59,935 bases of DNA, from the NCBI GenBank assembly GCA_032718475.1, contig JAUCBJ010007412.1, forward strand, positions 1 through 59,935, read 5' to 3'. The notes below the pieces were generated by a model. It saw only the letters and a program-made list of their open reading frames with translations. It had not been told where the DNA came from and did not search any database. The DNA is from Nemertoderma westbladi. Its lineage: Eukaryota > Animalia > Xenacoelomorpha. This document shows positions 1 through 13,097 of this stretch, one piece after another (the stretch's first letter is position 1; every line of letters begins with the position of its first letter). Made by a program: the position numbers and the translations under genes.

Positions 1-543
1 CTTTAACATAATTCTTGAACGCAATTCACCAATAACTCATACAGCCATTATGTCAATTACTCGGCTACAGTATCATTTATTGATTGATTGTATTGTTTTC
101 TGGTGCCTCAGTGTCTTCGAGTAACCTTGTTTTTGTGGGATATAACCAACCAAGGTATATTCTAACATAATTCTTAAACGTAATTTCACCAATAACTCAT
201 AAAGCAATTTATTGATTTATTGTATTGTCTGTCTATTGGAAAAACTAAATCTTTATCATTTATTGATTGACTGTATTGTTTTTTGGTGCATCAGTGTCCT
301 CGAGTAACTTTGTTTTTTTGTGATGAACTATCACCGTGGTAACCCACACACACGAACTCATACAACTACTTATGACAACTACTCGGTAACTATCACCGTT
401 TAACTTAATTCAGTATTTTAACATAATAGTAACACCCCTACGCAGTTAGGGAAGGCTTATACTGCCCGCGCTATATAATGTTTACTTTTGCGAAGCAAAT
501 ATAGCCATTTGCAGTTTGCACAATGTACTATATGCTTATATTT

Positions 544-1080
544 TTACTTTCGTGGTGCAAATATAACCTTTTTATTAATAATTATAGCCTGCCGGGGCGT
601 AAGCCGTGCAAATGAAATGAATGAATTGCGGGTTACATCGTTCAGCAGCAGATTGCTTTTGAGAGCTTTTTGTATCGTTTGATTAGGACATTTATTAGCA
701 CGAATTAGTAGACGCGCTGCTGATCGTAAAGCTTCCACATCTAAGTCATTCGTGGCAAATAAGGAAAGAATGGTAGAGTTACCGAGAAATAGTAAACGGC
801 GCAATGTTTTCCGGTACTTGGCGTTTATAAAATTCCTTTGACTTTCTGTTAACGCTCCAAGGTTGAATGCAAAGTTGTAGAGGATTGCAGGCAATGCATA
901 AGACTTCCAAAGTGTTGCAATGTCGTCTGTTTTCAGCAGTTTTGCATTCCAACCAGCCCTATGGAATGTCGCGGATAGTATTACTATCGACTTAGTTAGT
1001 TATTTATAACTTATTTAGTTTGCAATGTAGTACCACGCCAGCTGAATAGCGCTTCCCAGTGAATCCTAAATATCTATAAG
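544..1080 (-). mobile_element. Degenerate non-LTR retrotransposon RT C-terminal fragment
   Basis: Minus strand reads YRYLGF at ~1061-1078 (RT 'YLG' motif) and LWKSYALPAILY leading into the 544..894 ORF, resembling the LINE thumb region; interrupted by stops. Confidence 0.45.
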
Positions 1081-1543
1081 GTTACTCATTGCTATATGTT
1101 GGGTGGGAGGCCAGGTGATTGAATTTTATACACTGGGCCGTTCTTAAATATTTACAGGCTAATCTTAATGACATTAGGGGCTGGGATTACTCTCTCTCAG
1201 ACTTTAAGCAAAGATGTCGTGAGGTCATACGGATACACACACACTATAACTATTTGACAATTCTAAAACTTACAAAAGTGCGACTTTCTCACGTCACTTC
1301 CCCAGGAAATGAGTCTTGAGACTCCAAAAACGTTAAGAAATCTAATGACAAATATGAAATCAATAAATTTTGAAACTAAGAACATTAAAATCACTAATTA
1401 TATTTAATAAAAGTTCTATGATCTTAACAATAAATGACATCAAACCAAAACCCTACATTAACAGAAGTTCATTGACTAATAAACAGTGAATTAATTGGAT
1501 TAATTTATTTGGTGGAAACAACGACCGGTAATTAGTTCTCAAG

Positions 1544-4500
1544 TTAAGAAGAAGTATTTAACTCGTGGTAGATTCTTGAGGCTTTGAAATCATGGATATT
1601 CTTAATGATCGTCGGTTTTTTTGTTGTACCTTCATCTGATCCGTAGGTATGAGGGGTAGCAACATCGTCCAATGCCGTGGATATAATGTGTGTAGAAAAC
1701 TTCCTTCTTTTTGGACCGCTAATAAACTCTTTAAAGAATTCCAGAACTTGTTCTTTTGTAACGGTTTTCAAAAACTCAACTTCTACCTCATCCCTATCGA
1801 ATTGATAATGTTGACAGACAATCTCAGTAAAATGCTTCGAAGATTCTTCACCCATTTTCTTTGGTTTCTCTAATCGTTTCGTTACCAGAGCATCAACATG
1901 TTCATCAAATGAATCCATACCTTCGATATAAGCATCCATGCTTTTAATAAACTCATCCACGCATTTTTCAACCTCTACCGGGCCTTTCATTGACTGCACT
2001 AAAACCCGAAAACCTTGAACTGAATTAGATCGTCGGAGACCGCTGTGTACAATGTATCCAAGTTGCTGTTTGGTGCGGAGCTCATTAAAACAGGGTTCTT
2101 GGACAATCTGTCCTACAAGCTCTAGCAGACAGTTGGTCTGTACGTTCTGCAATCCCGTTTGATAGTAAATTTCCACACAATTATTAGGGTGAACTTCGTT
2201 CTCAGCCTGGTATAAAAGCCATTCACCCGGTTCAATGACGATTTCACGAACTCTTGATTTATCAGAAGGTAGAACTACATTGGAGTTCGTAAAATATTCA
2301 GTAACTAGCTTGTTGATGTCCCTAGCTGATGATTCATTGATATTTCCGAATAACAATGACTCTATGTGGAGTTTTTCAAGGAGTTGTTTATGGAAAATAA
2401 TTAATTGATCTCGATTTGTGGAAGGCAGAGCTTCTTTGAGTTCCTCCTTGGAAAATCCTTTATCCATGGTAATTAGAGAAGTGTAGAACATTGCATGGGA
2501 ATATGGTTGCTCGGCTTTGAAGTTCTCTAAAGCACGTGAATATTCTTCAATAAGGATATTGAAACGTTCTTCCAGGGGTTCGAAGTTTACAAGACGATTC
2601 ATTATGGCAGAAAGGAAAGCAGGCTGCTTTTCGTTGTAACCTTTGATTGACAACTGGAAACCATAACTCGTTCGTATCAGGTTATACGATAATCCAGCAA
2701 GTGCAGCATCATATGAATATTCCTGAAGACTATCATTAATGAGCATATCAAACATGTGCAAACAATTAACATTGAGTGGAGTAGAGAAGGCAATGGGACA
2801 GTAGAACTCTATTTTAAAATAGGCTTTAGGGAGAAGGAATGTATCATCCTGTTTGTACCAGACTTTACTTAATGGACTATTAATTAGCAGCTCGGGTACC
2901 GAAGGTGTTAGTGATTTCAACCCAAAAATACTAAAATCCTTTGCTATGAATGCGTTGGGTTTTGGTAGACAAAGGTCGGTGTGAGGGACTGGCTGGTTCC
3001 AGTTAATCAGAGTATCATTATCAATATCTTTCAAGGAGTAATGCGCCCCAAGCCACTTCTCTACACTGTTTGTAAGACCCTCAAACGACTGAGATATAAT
3101 ACCCATGCGGACATTATCAGGGACCAATTGGGCTAGAAGGCCCTTGATGAGGTCCGTATTGAAGTTGCCTAGCAGATAATAATTTGACACAATATCATGC
3201 ATAGGGAAATGTTGGAGGTAGGAAGCCAGCTTGGAAACATACCCTACTGGTTGTTCTTTATCTTTAAAACGAAACTGAATTTCACTGAGCGATTTAAGCT
3301 CATCCCACACCCAGTCATTAATACCATCATTTTGTAACAAAGTTAAATATTGAAATACATATTCTGCAATTTCATTGGTATTTTTTAAGCCTTCTTCAGT
3401 AAGATCCATCATCAGAGTAAAGAACCAGCAGTTAGTCGCACTCTCTGAATGACCAGCACTGAGAGAGTTACACCAACCTTTACCCTTTAAAAGGGATAAA
3501 AGGGATCCTGGGCCTTCATGACCAATTAAATGTGACAAATAATGACCCGGGGCATCTTTATAATAGGGTCTGTAGTCAGTTGTTGGCCACTTAAAAATTA
3601 GATTTCGCACATCCTTCACTGGGATTACTTCAATCTTCTTCTTTACTTCATCAACACCAAATGGATGTTCTCTACAATTGGGTACCAATGCTCCTGTGCT
3701 CATGATGTTAGAGAACAGCTCTACAATGGTTTCTGTAAGGGTGTCCAAAGATTCCCTGCCCAGCACTGTCAAACACATAATGTTGGAACTATAATGGCAC
3801 TTGTGGAACTTCAGTAACTCCTCGCGAACATCTATACCTGCAGCTTCGGGTATAGTTCCTAGGGTCTCTAGATTACCTGTAGAAAACCTGGAAAATGAAT
3901 GGCCTTTACGTGCTGTACTCTTCTCCACCATATGAATCCTCCACACATCATTGCTTAAGTGTTGTTGGTTCTCAGAATTTACAGCATTTATTTCTCTATC
4001 TTTTACATCTTCATTAAACAGGGGTGAAATAAAGAATTGGGCAAATCTATCCAATGCTCCATGCAAATGCTCCCATCCAACATCAAAATGGTAATTTGTG
4101 TGGTCAGAAGCTGTATAAGCATTACTAGAACCTGCATGTTTGCTTAAGTACACGTTATATGCATTCTCATCTGGATACTTTGTTGTTCCCAAGAATAGCA
4201 TATGCTCACAGAAGTGAGCCAATCCAGGTAGATTATCTGGGTCAGACATGCTGCCTACATTTACATCCATTGCCGCAGCTGCCTTCTCTGTGGTTGGATC
4301 AGAGATCAGAAGAACCGTAAGACCATTAGTCAGAACCAAACCTCGGTAATCACGACTTGTATCACTAGGCGATTTGGTAATGTCATTATGAACCTCAACT
4401 ATACTCTCACTTATTTGCTTCATTTTAATTGAAGAAAGTTCCTGCCTGAAAACCAAGGATGAATGATATCTTCTTGGTGTTGGTGTTTGTATTGAGTGAA

Positions 4501-4645
4501 GAAATTGCAGCCGATTATTACACTTATTTGAAAAAGAAATACTGTTATTTGTGGAAAATAAAGTATGCCTATGTTTTGAAAATCGAAATGGTGGAATAAA
4601 CAACCTCAACATATTATTAGAGTTAAATCGAACTACCCATATCAT
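1544..4645 (-). CDS. IDE: Insulin-degrading enzyme (insulysin, peptidase M16A), single uninterrupted ORF, 1033 aa (alternative start Met75 at 4423)
   Basis: Inverted zinc motif HFCEH within GLAHFCEHMLFLGTTKYP, plus SNAYTASDHTNYHF, HLIGHEGPGSLLS, WYKQDDTFLLPKA and ELRTKQQLGYIV; full-length size; AATAAA on - strand at 1504-1509. Confidence 0.97.
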   Translation of the reverse strand: MIWVVRFNSNNMLRLFIPPFRFSKHRHTLFSTNNSISFSNKCNNRLQFLHSIQTPTPRRYHSSLVFRQELSSIKMKQISESIVEVHNDITKSPSDTSRDYRGLVLTNGLTVLLISDPTTEKAAAAMDVNVGSMSDPDNLPGLAHFCEHMLFLGTTKYPDENAYNVYLSKHAGSSNAYTASDHTNYHFDVGWEHLHGALDRFAQFFISPLFNEDVKDREINAVNSENQQHLSNDVWRIHMVEKSTARKGHSFSRFSTGNLETLGTIPEAAGIDVREELLKFHKCHYSSNIMCLTVLGRESLDTLTETIVELFSNIMSTGALVPNCREHPFGVDEVKKKIEVIPVKDVRNLIFKWPTTDYRPYYKDAPGHYLSHLIGHEGPGSLLSLLKGKGWCNSLSAGHSESATNCWFFTLMMDLTEEGLKNTNEIAEYVFQYLTLLQNDGINDWVWDELKSLSEIQFRFKDKEQPVGYVSKLASYLQHFPMHDIVSNYYLLGNFNTDLIKGLLAQLVPDNVRMGIISQSFEGLTNSVEKWLGAHYSLKDIDNDTLINWNQPVPHTDLCLPKPNAFIAKDFSIFGLKSLTPSVPELLINSPLSKVWYKQDDTFLLPKAYFKIEFYCPIAFSTPLNVNCLHMFDMLINDSLQEYSYDAALAGLSYNLIRTSYGFQLSIKGYNEKQPAFLSAIMNRLVNFEPLEERFNILIEEYSRALENFKAEQPYSHAMFYTSLITMDKGFSKEELKEALPSTNRDQLIIFHKQLLEKLHIESLLFGNINESSARDINKLVTEYFTNSNVVLPSDKSRVREIVIEPGEWLLYQAENEVHPNNCVEIYYQTGLQNVQTNCLLELVGQIVQEPCFNELRTKQQLGYIVHSGLRRSNSVQGFRVLVQSMKGPVEVEKCVDEFIKSMDAYIEGMDSFDEHVDALVTKRLEKPKKMGEESSKHFTEIVCQHYQFDRDEVEVEFLKTVTKEQVLEFFKEFISGPKRRKFSTHIISTALDDVATPHTYGSDEGTTKKPTIIKNIHDFKASRIYHELNTSS

Positions 4646-5056
4646 ACCAGTACTATGTGCTACACAGTAGGCCTTCTGTTACTGTACCGCCTACCTAAAT
4701 CGGTAATAGTATAAACTAAAAAGGAACCGTAAAATGGGTGGGGTGACTTGATACTCTTTTTACCTTTAACTGTGAATATATTCGGAAGTTTTTATCCTAC
4801 AGAGACGGTATAAAAAGATATTTTGTTAGTCGGGATGAGCAATACACCACCAGCCTTACTACACCAAGACGGGTTGTATACCTGGTAAAGTATGTAGGGC
4901 TATGTAACTTGATATATAGTCATCTCAAATTATTTTACCTTTCATCTTCAATTATTTAAAGTGTTACTGTGCTCTAAACTATATAAAATATTAGTCTGTC
5001 AGTAGGCTCATTCTTTTTACTACCGGTAGGTATATATTTTACATAGGCCTATTTAA

Positions 5057-5281
5057 AGGCATGTTCACATAACGTATGTCTGTATGTGATGGTGTGTGTA
5101 TTGTATAGTGTATATACCCCTGTGTGGATATAATGCAGTAATGGCGCTAACGTCTAATTGAAATTTTCTTAATATATAATGTATTATTATATTTCTACAA
5201 CGCAAGTGAAAGCTAATAAAACTAGCATAGCTTCTACTCTTACATACACATCACATACGTTATCGTTATGTGAACGCACCT
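5057..5281. mobile_element. PIF/Harbinger-type MITE
   Basis: TIRs aggcatgttcacataacg / cgttatgtgaacgcacct, flanked by taa and tta (TWA-type site; the two flanks are not identical). Confidence 0.55.
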
Positions 5282-6117
5282 TTAGATAATTTTATTAAAT
5301 AAAGTTAATATATCCCTTTGTTGCACATGTTGCTTTTAAGCAGCAGTCTTCAGTCGTCAGTCTTATCTCATAGAAAAACCATCAACCAACCTTTGCTGCA
5401 CCATGCAGCTTATAGTTGAATAATTAAATTATCCAATAAAACGTATAAGCTTGGGTGGAGATTTAAATTAAGTTGTAAGTTAACTTTCATTAATGCTGAT
5501 AGGAAATTTGTGATTTTTTTTTATTTTATAGGTGTCTTAGGTCGGCTTTTTTAATTCCTGCAATAATTTTATGGTGCCAAAAAAAATATTAACGTATTTT
5601 TTGTAAATGTATTATTGCAAATTAGGTTCGTTTGTAATTCTGAGGCACAAAATAAGCCGTGTTGCTTTTAAGCAACAGAGTGCAGTAAAGGTACTGGGAA
5701 ACGGATCAGAACAGTGCAATTTTAGGTTTTCCTTTTTTAGGATGTAAAAGTCTTTTTGGTTGTCACTTTTATGACACTAAGTAAATTCTTGATTGTTATA
5801 GAAAGACATGCACATAAAGTATTTAAAACTAATTATTTATTTAATTAGTTTAATTATTTAATAAGTGCATAGGCTAATTATTAAATTAGGTAAATAAATG
5901 ACTAAAGAAAATACAGTTTTAGATTTATAAGTACATAGAAGGGTCTATCGATAATTTGAGTTAATTAATTGGGATACTAATTATTGCATTGGTTAATGAG
6001 GTGAATTAATTAATTAAATTGATATTGCTAATTATTTAATTACGAAATTAATTTGCTAACGCAAAAAACCTATTTGGAGACCATTGAAGGTATATAGATC
6101 TAAATAGCAGTATGCAG

Positions 6118-6500
6118 AATATGTGGTGCAGCCACCGTTGGGGAGTAGATATGGTGCAGCCACCATTGGCGACATAGCTGCATAGGGAGTGGATGTGGTG
6201 CAACCATCATTGGGGAGTAGATATGGTACAACCACCATTGGAGACATATGGAGTATGGAGCAGCCACCATTGGGGAGTAGATGTAGTGTAGCTACAGTTG
6301 GGGGGTAGATGTGGTGCAGCACCATTGGGGAGTAGATGTGGTGCAGCGATCATAGGGGACATAGGAAGTGGATGTGGTGCAACCATCATTGGGGAGTAGA
6401 TATGGTACAACCACCATTGGAGACATATGGAGTGGATGTGGTGCAACCACCATAGGGGAGTAGATGTGGTGCAGCCACTATGGGCAGAAGATGTGGTACT
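6118..6500. repeat. Minisatellite, ~28-40 bp variants of ggggagtagatgtggtgcagccaccatt
   Basis: About a dozen visible tandem variants; explains the repetitive ORFs at 6056-6670. Confidence 0.9.
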
Positions 6501-6994
6501 TGGTACAGCCTAGCACACCCGGCGTAGCACATTTCTGCACCAGCTCCCGGCGCAAGTTCTAGTGCTGCGCCGAACGTGCTCGGCGTACATGTAAAACTTT
6601 TCAATAGGGGCCATACAGGTCTATAGCCAGTAAGGGAAAATACCCCGAATACAGGTACAGCTCTATACATCGAATCGGTGTCATAGTGGAAAATAGTGAC
6701 ACCGATTCGAGATTTTCAGTAGAAAGCTATACCCCGAATCGGTGCTCTACTAGAAAATGTTCAGGCAGCGGAAAAATTAGGTATACCCCGAATCGGGGTA
6801 TAGGAGTTATTTACGCCCCTCCAGAAAAATGATGTTTCACTCACGCCAGACTGGAATTCATAGTGCGAAAATTACATTTTGTGCAGTACAATATTGTTTC
6901 ATACAGTCATAATATAAATGTGGTAACTCTAACTATATGGATATATATACAGTATATAGGGCCTATTGCATTGTGTTGAAATGTTCAAGTGTCA

Positions 6995-8426
6995 ACAATC
7001 TGTTGAAACGTTTAAGAGACCTTCATGCAGTACGTTGGATACTGAAACAATCTATTGAAACGTTTAAGAGACCTTCATGCAGCACGTTGGATACTGAAAC
7101 AATCTATTGATGAAACGCTTAAGAGACCTTCATGCAGCACGTTGGATACTGAAACAATCTATTGAAACGTAAGAGACCTTCATACTACTACTACTACTAG
7201 GATCGGCATGCTGCATTGCAGCTGCATTTTTAAGAATGCTGTGCCGGCTTATTGACAAAATTGCACCACCACAACTCCCTATCACCCATGACATTTGCTA
7301 GATCATCCGCATCTTCAAGGCCAGTGTCCTTTAAGATGCGTCTCAAGAAAGTCATGGGCTGTCCACCATGCTTATTCACTCCATGAGGCTGCCAAAGTAC
7401 AAGATTATGCACTGGCTGGTCCTCACGGCGAAAGCAATGTCCTGCAAAGCAGAGGCGATTTTGTTCTAGTGTCAAGCTTGGAGGAACCAATGAGACACCT
7501 CCAATGTTATATAGTGTCTGGTTGGAGATCTGTGCATTGTACTTGACACAATGAACCCAGCGTAGCATTCTTGTGAATGTGCCATCCAGAGATTTGGTGT
7601 CTTCAGCAGTTAGAGCCCAGCATGGACTCCCATAGGAGTACTGGAACTACTGCTGCTCTAAATAATCGGACCTTAAGTTTCCGATTAATTCTCGGTGACT
7701 TCCAAATCCTGGATATCCTATTCAAGGCTGCCCATGCCTTTCCCTTAAGTATTCGAAGGTCCTCACCCGACTTCCGGATCCATGATCCCAGGTAACAGAA
7801 GTCATCCACATGCTCAAGCATACCATATTTTGAGCTTATGCTCATCCGATCAGAGACTTGCTGAGGACTTTCAAAGTTAACTGTCAAAATTTTGGTCTTT
7901 CTGGAGTTAATAAAAAGACCAACACTAGAAGCAGCATGTTCTAATGAGCTGAGGAGCCGTTGGGCTCCCTCTAGTGATTCTGAGAGTACTCCTAAGTTAT
8001 CAGCAAAGTCTAGATCAGTTAGGTACTTGGCAGGATTTCCTCGACTTCTGGAGCCAGTAGGTGGAGTTATCATCACCCCATCATCAATATGATGATCTAA
8101 GGACATGCGTAGAACATAGTCAACAATAATTATGAACAAGAATGGTGCAAGTGTGTCTCCCTGGAGGACACCCCCTAACACTTCAAATGGTTCTGTGTCA
8201 CCGTCAACAGTAGACACAAATGTTGTCAAACCATTGTATACTGATCTGATTGCTGCAATATACGTTCATGAGACCTTCATGCATCACGTTGGATACTGAA
8301 ACAATCTATTGAAACGTTTAAGAGACCTTCGGGCGCAGTATGTGAGATACTGAAACAGTCTGTTGAAACGTTTAAGAGACCTTCGCGCTGTAGCCTATAT
8401 GGGATACTGTAACAAACTGTTGAAAT
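6995..8426. repeat. 52-bp tandem repeat (gaaacgtttaagagaccttcatgcagcacgttggatactgaaacaatctatt) split by an RTE insertion
   Basis: Units start at 7005 and 7057 (52 bp apart); the array stops at 7183 and resumes in register at 8270. Confidence 0.9.
7184..8269 (-). mobile_element. 5'-truncated RTE-clade LINE (family B), frameshifted
   Basis: RT motifs GVLQGDTLAPFLF, DLDFADN and FCYLGSW; short 3' UTR with gctgca-a-tgcagc hairpin and (TAG)n tail; 11-bp TSD gagaccttcat at 7173-7183 and 8270-8280. Confidence 0.93.
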
Positions 8427-8586
8427 TTCATAGTAGGGCAATGTACTGACTGACGTAGGCTGGTAGGCACTTAGGCAGATACAGTACTACACACTAAACT
8501 CTGAAACTTCAGTATTCTCTGTGCTCTGTCTGTCTGTTTGTAGTCTGGTTCTGGTAGTAGGCCTACGCAGCTACGGTAGTAGTGAC

Positions 8587-10274
8587 CAGGGATGGCAAAA
8601 ACCATGGTTTTTTGAAAAAAAATTTTTGGTTTTGGTTTTATTGTTTGGTTTTTTATGGTTTTTTTCGGTTTTATATTGTTTTTTATGGCTTTTCTGTGGT
8701 TTAATTAAATCCAATACAGCAATACATACAAATGTAGGGCGGAGGGCCTACGTACAACAGTCTTGACAGTACAACCCTTGCGCTTGCCCAATAGCTTAAT
8801 AACTTCAATAAGTTCAATAACTTAATTGATTGGTTTATATTTAATTTCTAGTCTATAAATTTATTTATTTATTTAACCCTTTCATGCCCAAATATACGCA
8901 TGAAAACCTATGGTACAGTAGGAATACTACATTTTAATTACAATATTTTAATTAAATCATTTTTAATTGTATCAATAATATAGGAATACATAATTTATTA
9001 ATTAATTTTTATTGACCATTAGGCAATAGGCTAATCGCTTCACATTCGGATCTGCACGTAAGAAATCTTTAATTAAATTTGGTATCAATTTAGACTATTT
9101 GTTTATTGACATGTTTTTAAGCCTGTAGAACAGTACTTATTTACCAATTTATTGTCAATATTTTAAATACTTTTTTAAAATTATGGAACGTACGTTGTTT
9201 GCGCCACACTAACCTACCCCGTCAGTTTTTAGTAATTCATACATATTTTATTTAAATTTTAATTCAGTCGGTTTTTAATAATCCATACATATCTTATTCA
9301 AATTTCAATAGTTCTACCGATTCTACACTACTTTGTTTTAACCTATATTAGTTTGTTGTTTGTGCATCGCCGGTTTTTAACAGTCCTACGCTGGATTGAG
9401 TACATGTATTTCGTTGGTGTCGTATCAGGTTTTTTTTTTATACTCTTCTTCAACTTCTTACTATATTTTATTAGGCCTATCCTATTACCGGTATTACATA
9501 CAACATATTAATTTACTTTCAGTTCTGGTTCCATATAAAGATTGCCTTAAATTATGTCGGTGATGGGTATCTATAAGTTTATCTTCCTCTTACCCTAAAC
9601 TATTAAACATTAAACATAGAACAAAATACTGGAATAACTGAATAAGGCCACATACAGTATGCTGGTTTGACGTTTGAAGCGTTTCTTCTGCTGTTCTGTT
9701 CTGTCCTTACTCTCATCCAACCCATCAGCCCATGTCCCATGCAGCATGTGACAAAATACTAACAACATACAACGTAAAAATACATACCCACGTCCAGACG
9801 TCTGCACTGCTCAACTGCACGCCAGGCTGCAAACCACCACCAGACCACTGAACCGTGCACATTGCACAACGCCTGCGCACAATTTTTCAGCCGCGCAATA
9901 TTGGACAATATACCGCGCATGCACCGAAAAAAACGCGCACACCACAGCACCACATTTTAACAATGTAAACGAGAAACATACGCCAGCAAAGCGAGCAAAA
10001 CCTTTTCATTAACATTGCAAAATTAACAGTGCAAAATGAAAAAGAAACGCGAGCAAAACTCAAAGTGTTCGAAATTTTTTCATTCTAACAGTCTGACAGT
10101 GCAAAATGAAAAAGAAACACGACTACCAGTTTGCTTTATATTATTTACAGCGTTAATTGTAAAATTTTATGAAAAACCATAAAAAACCAATTTTTTCGCC
10201 TTTTTTTAAAAGTTGGTTAAACCAAAAAACCATAAAAAACCAATGGTGAGAAAAACCATTGGTTGCCAACCCTG
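8587..10274. mobile_element. Non-autonomous hAT element
   Basis: Ends cagggatggcaa / ttgccaaccctg, GGTTTT subterminal repeats, perfect 8-bp TSD gtagtgac (8579-8586, 10275-10282). Confidence 0.9.
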
Positions 10275-11289
10275 GTAGTGACACACAACACACCCTCTAC
10301 CCACAGACCCACCTGCCCTCCTAATCCAGTAATGATGAATGGTACACTTAGACCTATACATTATACAAAAAAATGCAATCATCTCATGTCTCATGATTAG
10401 CCTATCACAATATATCCCGATCGGGATATTTACAAAATATATGATTTTCACTCTGCAATATCTTTTGAAAGCCCTAAAACACCACTTCTCGGGGCACAAA
10501 CGAATATCTGAATATCTGAATATAACTCATTTTTTCTGATCTATCTGCTGGATGGCGCCATTTGGCTGTTTGGGTCGCTTTTTATAGTTTAGGTCGCTTT
10601 TTAGAAAGGTTGAATATATCCCGATCAGGATAGGGAACCCTACTGCATAATGAGCATCAAACTCATTGGTCACTAGGGACAGGTGATTATCCCTACACCT
10701 CAACTCAGGGCTGGCAAAGTAGGTTTTTGTAAACGTAGGCTGGTAGGATTTTGTCGATTTTTGTCAAAAACCTAAAATTTGAAAAAAGCCTAAAACTAGG
10801 TTTTTAGGTTTTTGATCACAAAAAAGAACCAAATTGCTTCTTTTTTAAATTTCTAATGACAAAAATATACACTATGCACAATATACAATATCAGAATATT
10901 ACCCAAAAAAACTACCCAAAAAGACAAATAAAAATGTTTTTCATAAACAATGTAGGCCTGTATGGAATTCATCCAAAAAGTGCGCCGGATAGAGCGCCAA
11001 CCAATTTTTATGCGCGCCGCGCGCCGATGCAATTTCGAAGAAACCCCGCGCCAACGAAATTTTCAAGCGCGCCGCACATTGAAACAATTTTGAAGAGCGC
11101 CGCGCCAATGCAATTTAAATTTTGAAGGAGTGCAAGTGCAACTAGTCTGCCAATGTCAGTACTGCTGTACATGTCAGCATGTCCCTGTTCAGCAGTAACC
11201 ATACAACAGAAAAAAGAACAAAGAAAGGCGAGCGAAGCGAGCCAAAATTTTTCAACAGCTAATAATTCAATTTTTAAGGCACTTCCGTA

Positions 11290-12996
11290 TAGGGCTCGAT
11301 CGGAGCTCCGGCCTCCGGCTCCGGCCATTTTGGCACCTCCGGCTCCTGCTCCGGCTCCGGTAAAAATATTGCCGGAGTTAATTTTTTAATAAAGTATTAT
11401 ATTTCGTGCATATTCTAATCTGAACAATTATTTAACACTATAAGTACTGTAGTACAGCTTCAATATCAAGTATAATCTGATAATACTGCAGTATTTACTT
11501 AAAGTCAATGACTGACTGACTGTACTGCAGTACTGGTACTGGCCAGCTGGCTGACTAGCAGACTATTACAGATAGGCCCTACTTTCAAAAATTGTAAATG
11601 CTATGATTGTACACTGTCAGACTGTACCACTGCAGCCATTTACTGCTGTCAAGCATGCCAGCATACTGTACTGCAGTACTGGTACACGCACGGTAGGCTA
11701 CCTACAATCCAGGTTGGAATTCATGCATGAGCGCGCAGGTACGCTTTGTTGTTTTGAAATCACCGCGGACCTGAAATTGGCTCGTCGCGCACCTCATCAT
11801 ATGTCATAATCCAAACAAAATCGCGCAGCTCATGTCATGCATATCTCAAAAAATCGCACAGTTCATAAGAACAATTTTACATTCCTATTTTACAAGTTTG
11901 AGCGTTTTAAGCTTATCTTTACGTCTGTCTGTCTGTACGTTGAATCTAGGCTTACATAATAAATGTAATTTTTGCAACATCAAAATTGTTAATATTAAAA
12001 AATATTTTTTTAATCCACTACTATGGTGGCCCATCGGGCTCACTGCTTTTATAACAGAAAATATTATTTTAGATTACAAACAAAACATGTACCGGTAATT
12101 TCAAAAAAACGAATATTTAAATAGGTACCAGTCTGCCAATAATACTTTGTATAGGCCTACCTAACAATTAGGCTTAAACATACAGTTGGCTTATAATTAA
12201 GTCATACTTATAATACATTGTTATTACTTTCTGACTTTACCTGTTTACTAACGTAACATCGGCATAGCATAGACCTAATAACAATACAACAATAGAGTAC
12301 TGTAGTTAAAATAAATAGACAAATTCAGCTCCGGTTGCCGGTATTACAGTATTATGATGAAGTGATTTGACTGTTTGAAGAATTGGAAATGAGAAACTAA
12401 TGCGAGCGCAGCGAGCGAAATTTTCGTGATTTCAATTAATTTGTGGTGCGCATCAGAGGCAGAGCTGCGCGCTGAGGCGCAACGCGCACCTGTCTCACAC
12501 CCGAACGCGCACCTGTCTCACCCAAACGCGCAACGCGCATCTGGTTTGCGGTCATTCGCACAGGTACGCGTCCGAGTTTTGCAGCATGAATTCCAACCTG
12601 GCCTACAGTGCACACCTCTACCACAGTTAGACAGTTAGCGAGTTAGGTACTGTCTGACTGTAGGTAATTTTTAGCCGTCAGCGTCAGGCCGTCGCCGTCA
12701 GCATCAGACCGTCGCCGTCAGCGTCAGGCCGTCTGTCCGTGATAAATTAATTACTTAAATTTTAAATTGAAAATTCGTAAATCTATAAATTATGAAATTA
12801 ATTAGACCTACAGTATGATTGATTGTGAGCGATTGGCGAACGACAGAACGATAACCATACTTTATTTTTTTTAAAATAAATAATTAAATTTTTAAAATTT
12901 TTGAAAAACTCCGGCTCCTGCTCCGGCTCCGGCCAAATTGTCCAACTCCGGCTCCTGCTCCGGCTCCGGCCAAATCCCAACTCCGATCGAGCCCTA
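11290..12996. mobile_element. Non-autonomous hAT element with (ctccgg)n subterminal repeats
   Basis: 16-bp TIR tagggctcgatcggag / ctccgatcgagcccta; perfect 8-bp TSD cttccgta (11282-11289, 12997-13004). Confidence 0.92.
11710..12600. mobile_element. Non-autonomous TIR element (hAT-like), nested inside 11290-12996
   Basis: Perfect 17-bp TIR caggttggaattcatgc / gcatgaattccaacctg; no TSD recognised. Confidence 0.75.
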
Positions 12997-13097
12997 CTTC
13001 CGTAATTGTTAAACCAACAAATTGGCGCCGGTTTTTATTTTTGGGAGCGCCACGCGCCAAAGCCGGCGCTCTTTACGATTTTCGAGCGCGCCACGCG

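Noticed and set aside
1-420. Imperfect ~160-bp direct repeat at the window start
   Set aside because: Truncated by the window edge and too degenerate to classify.
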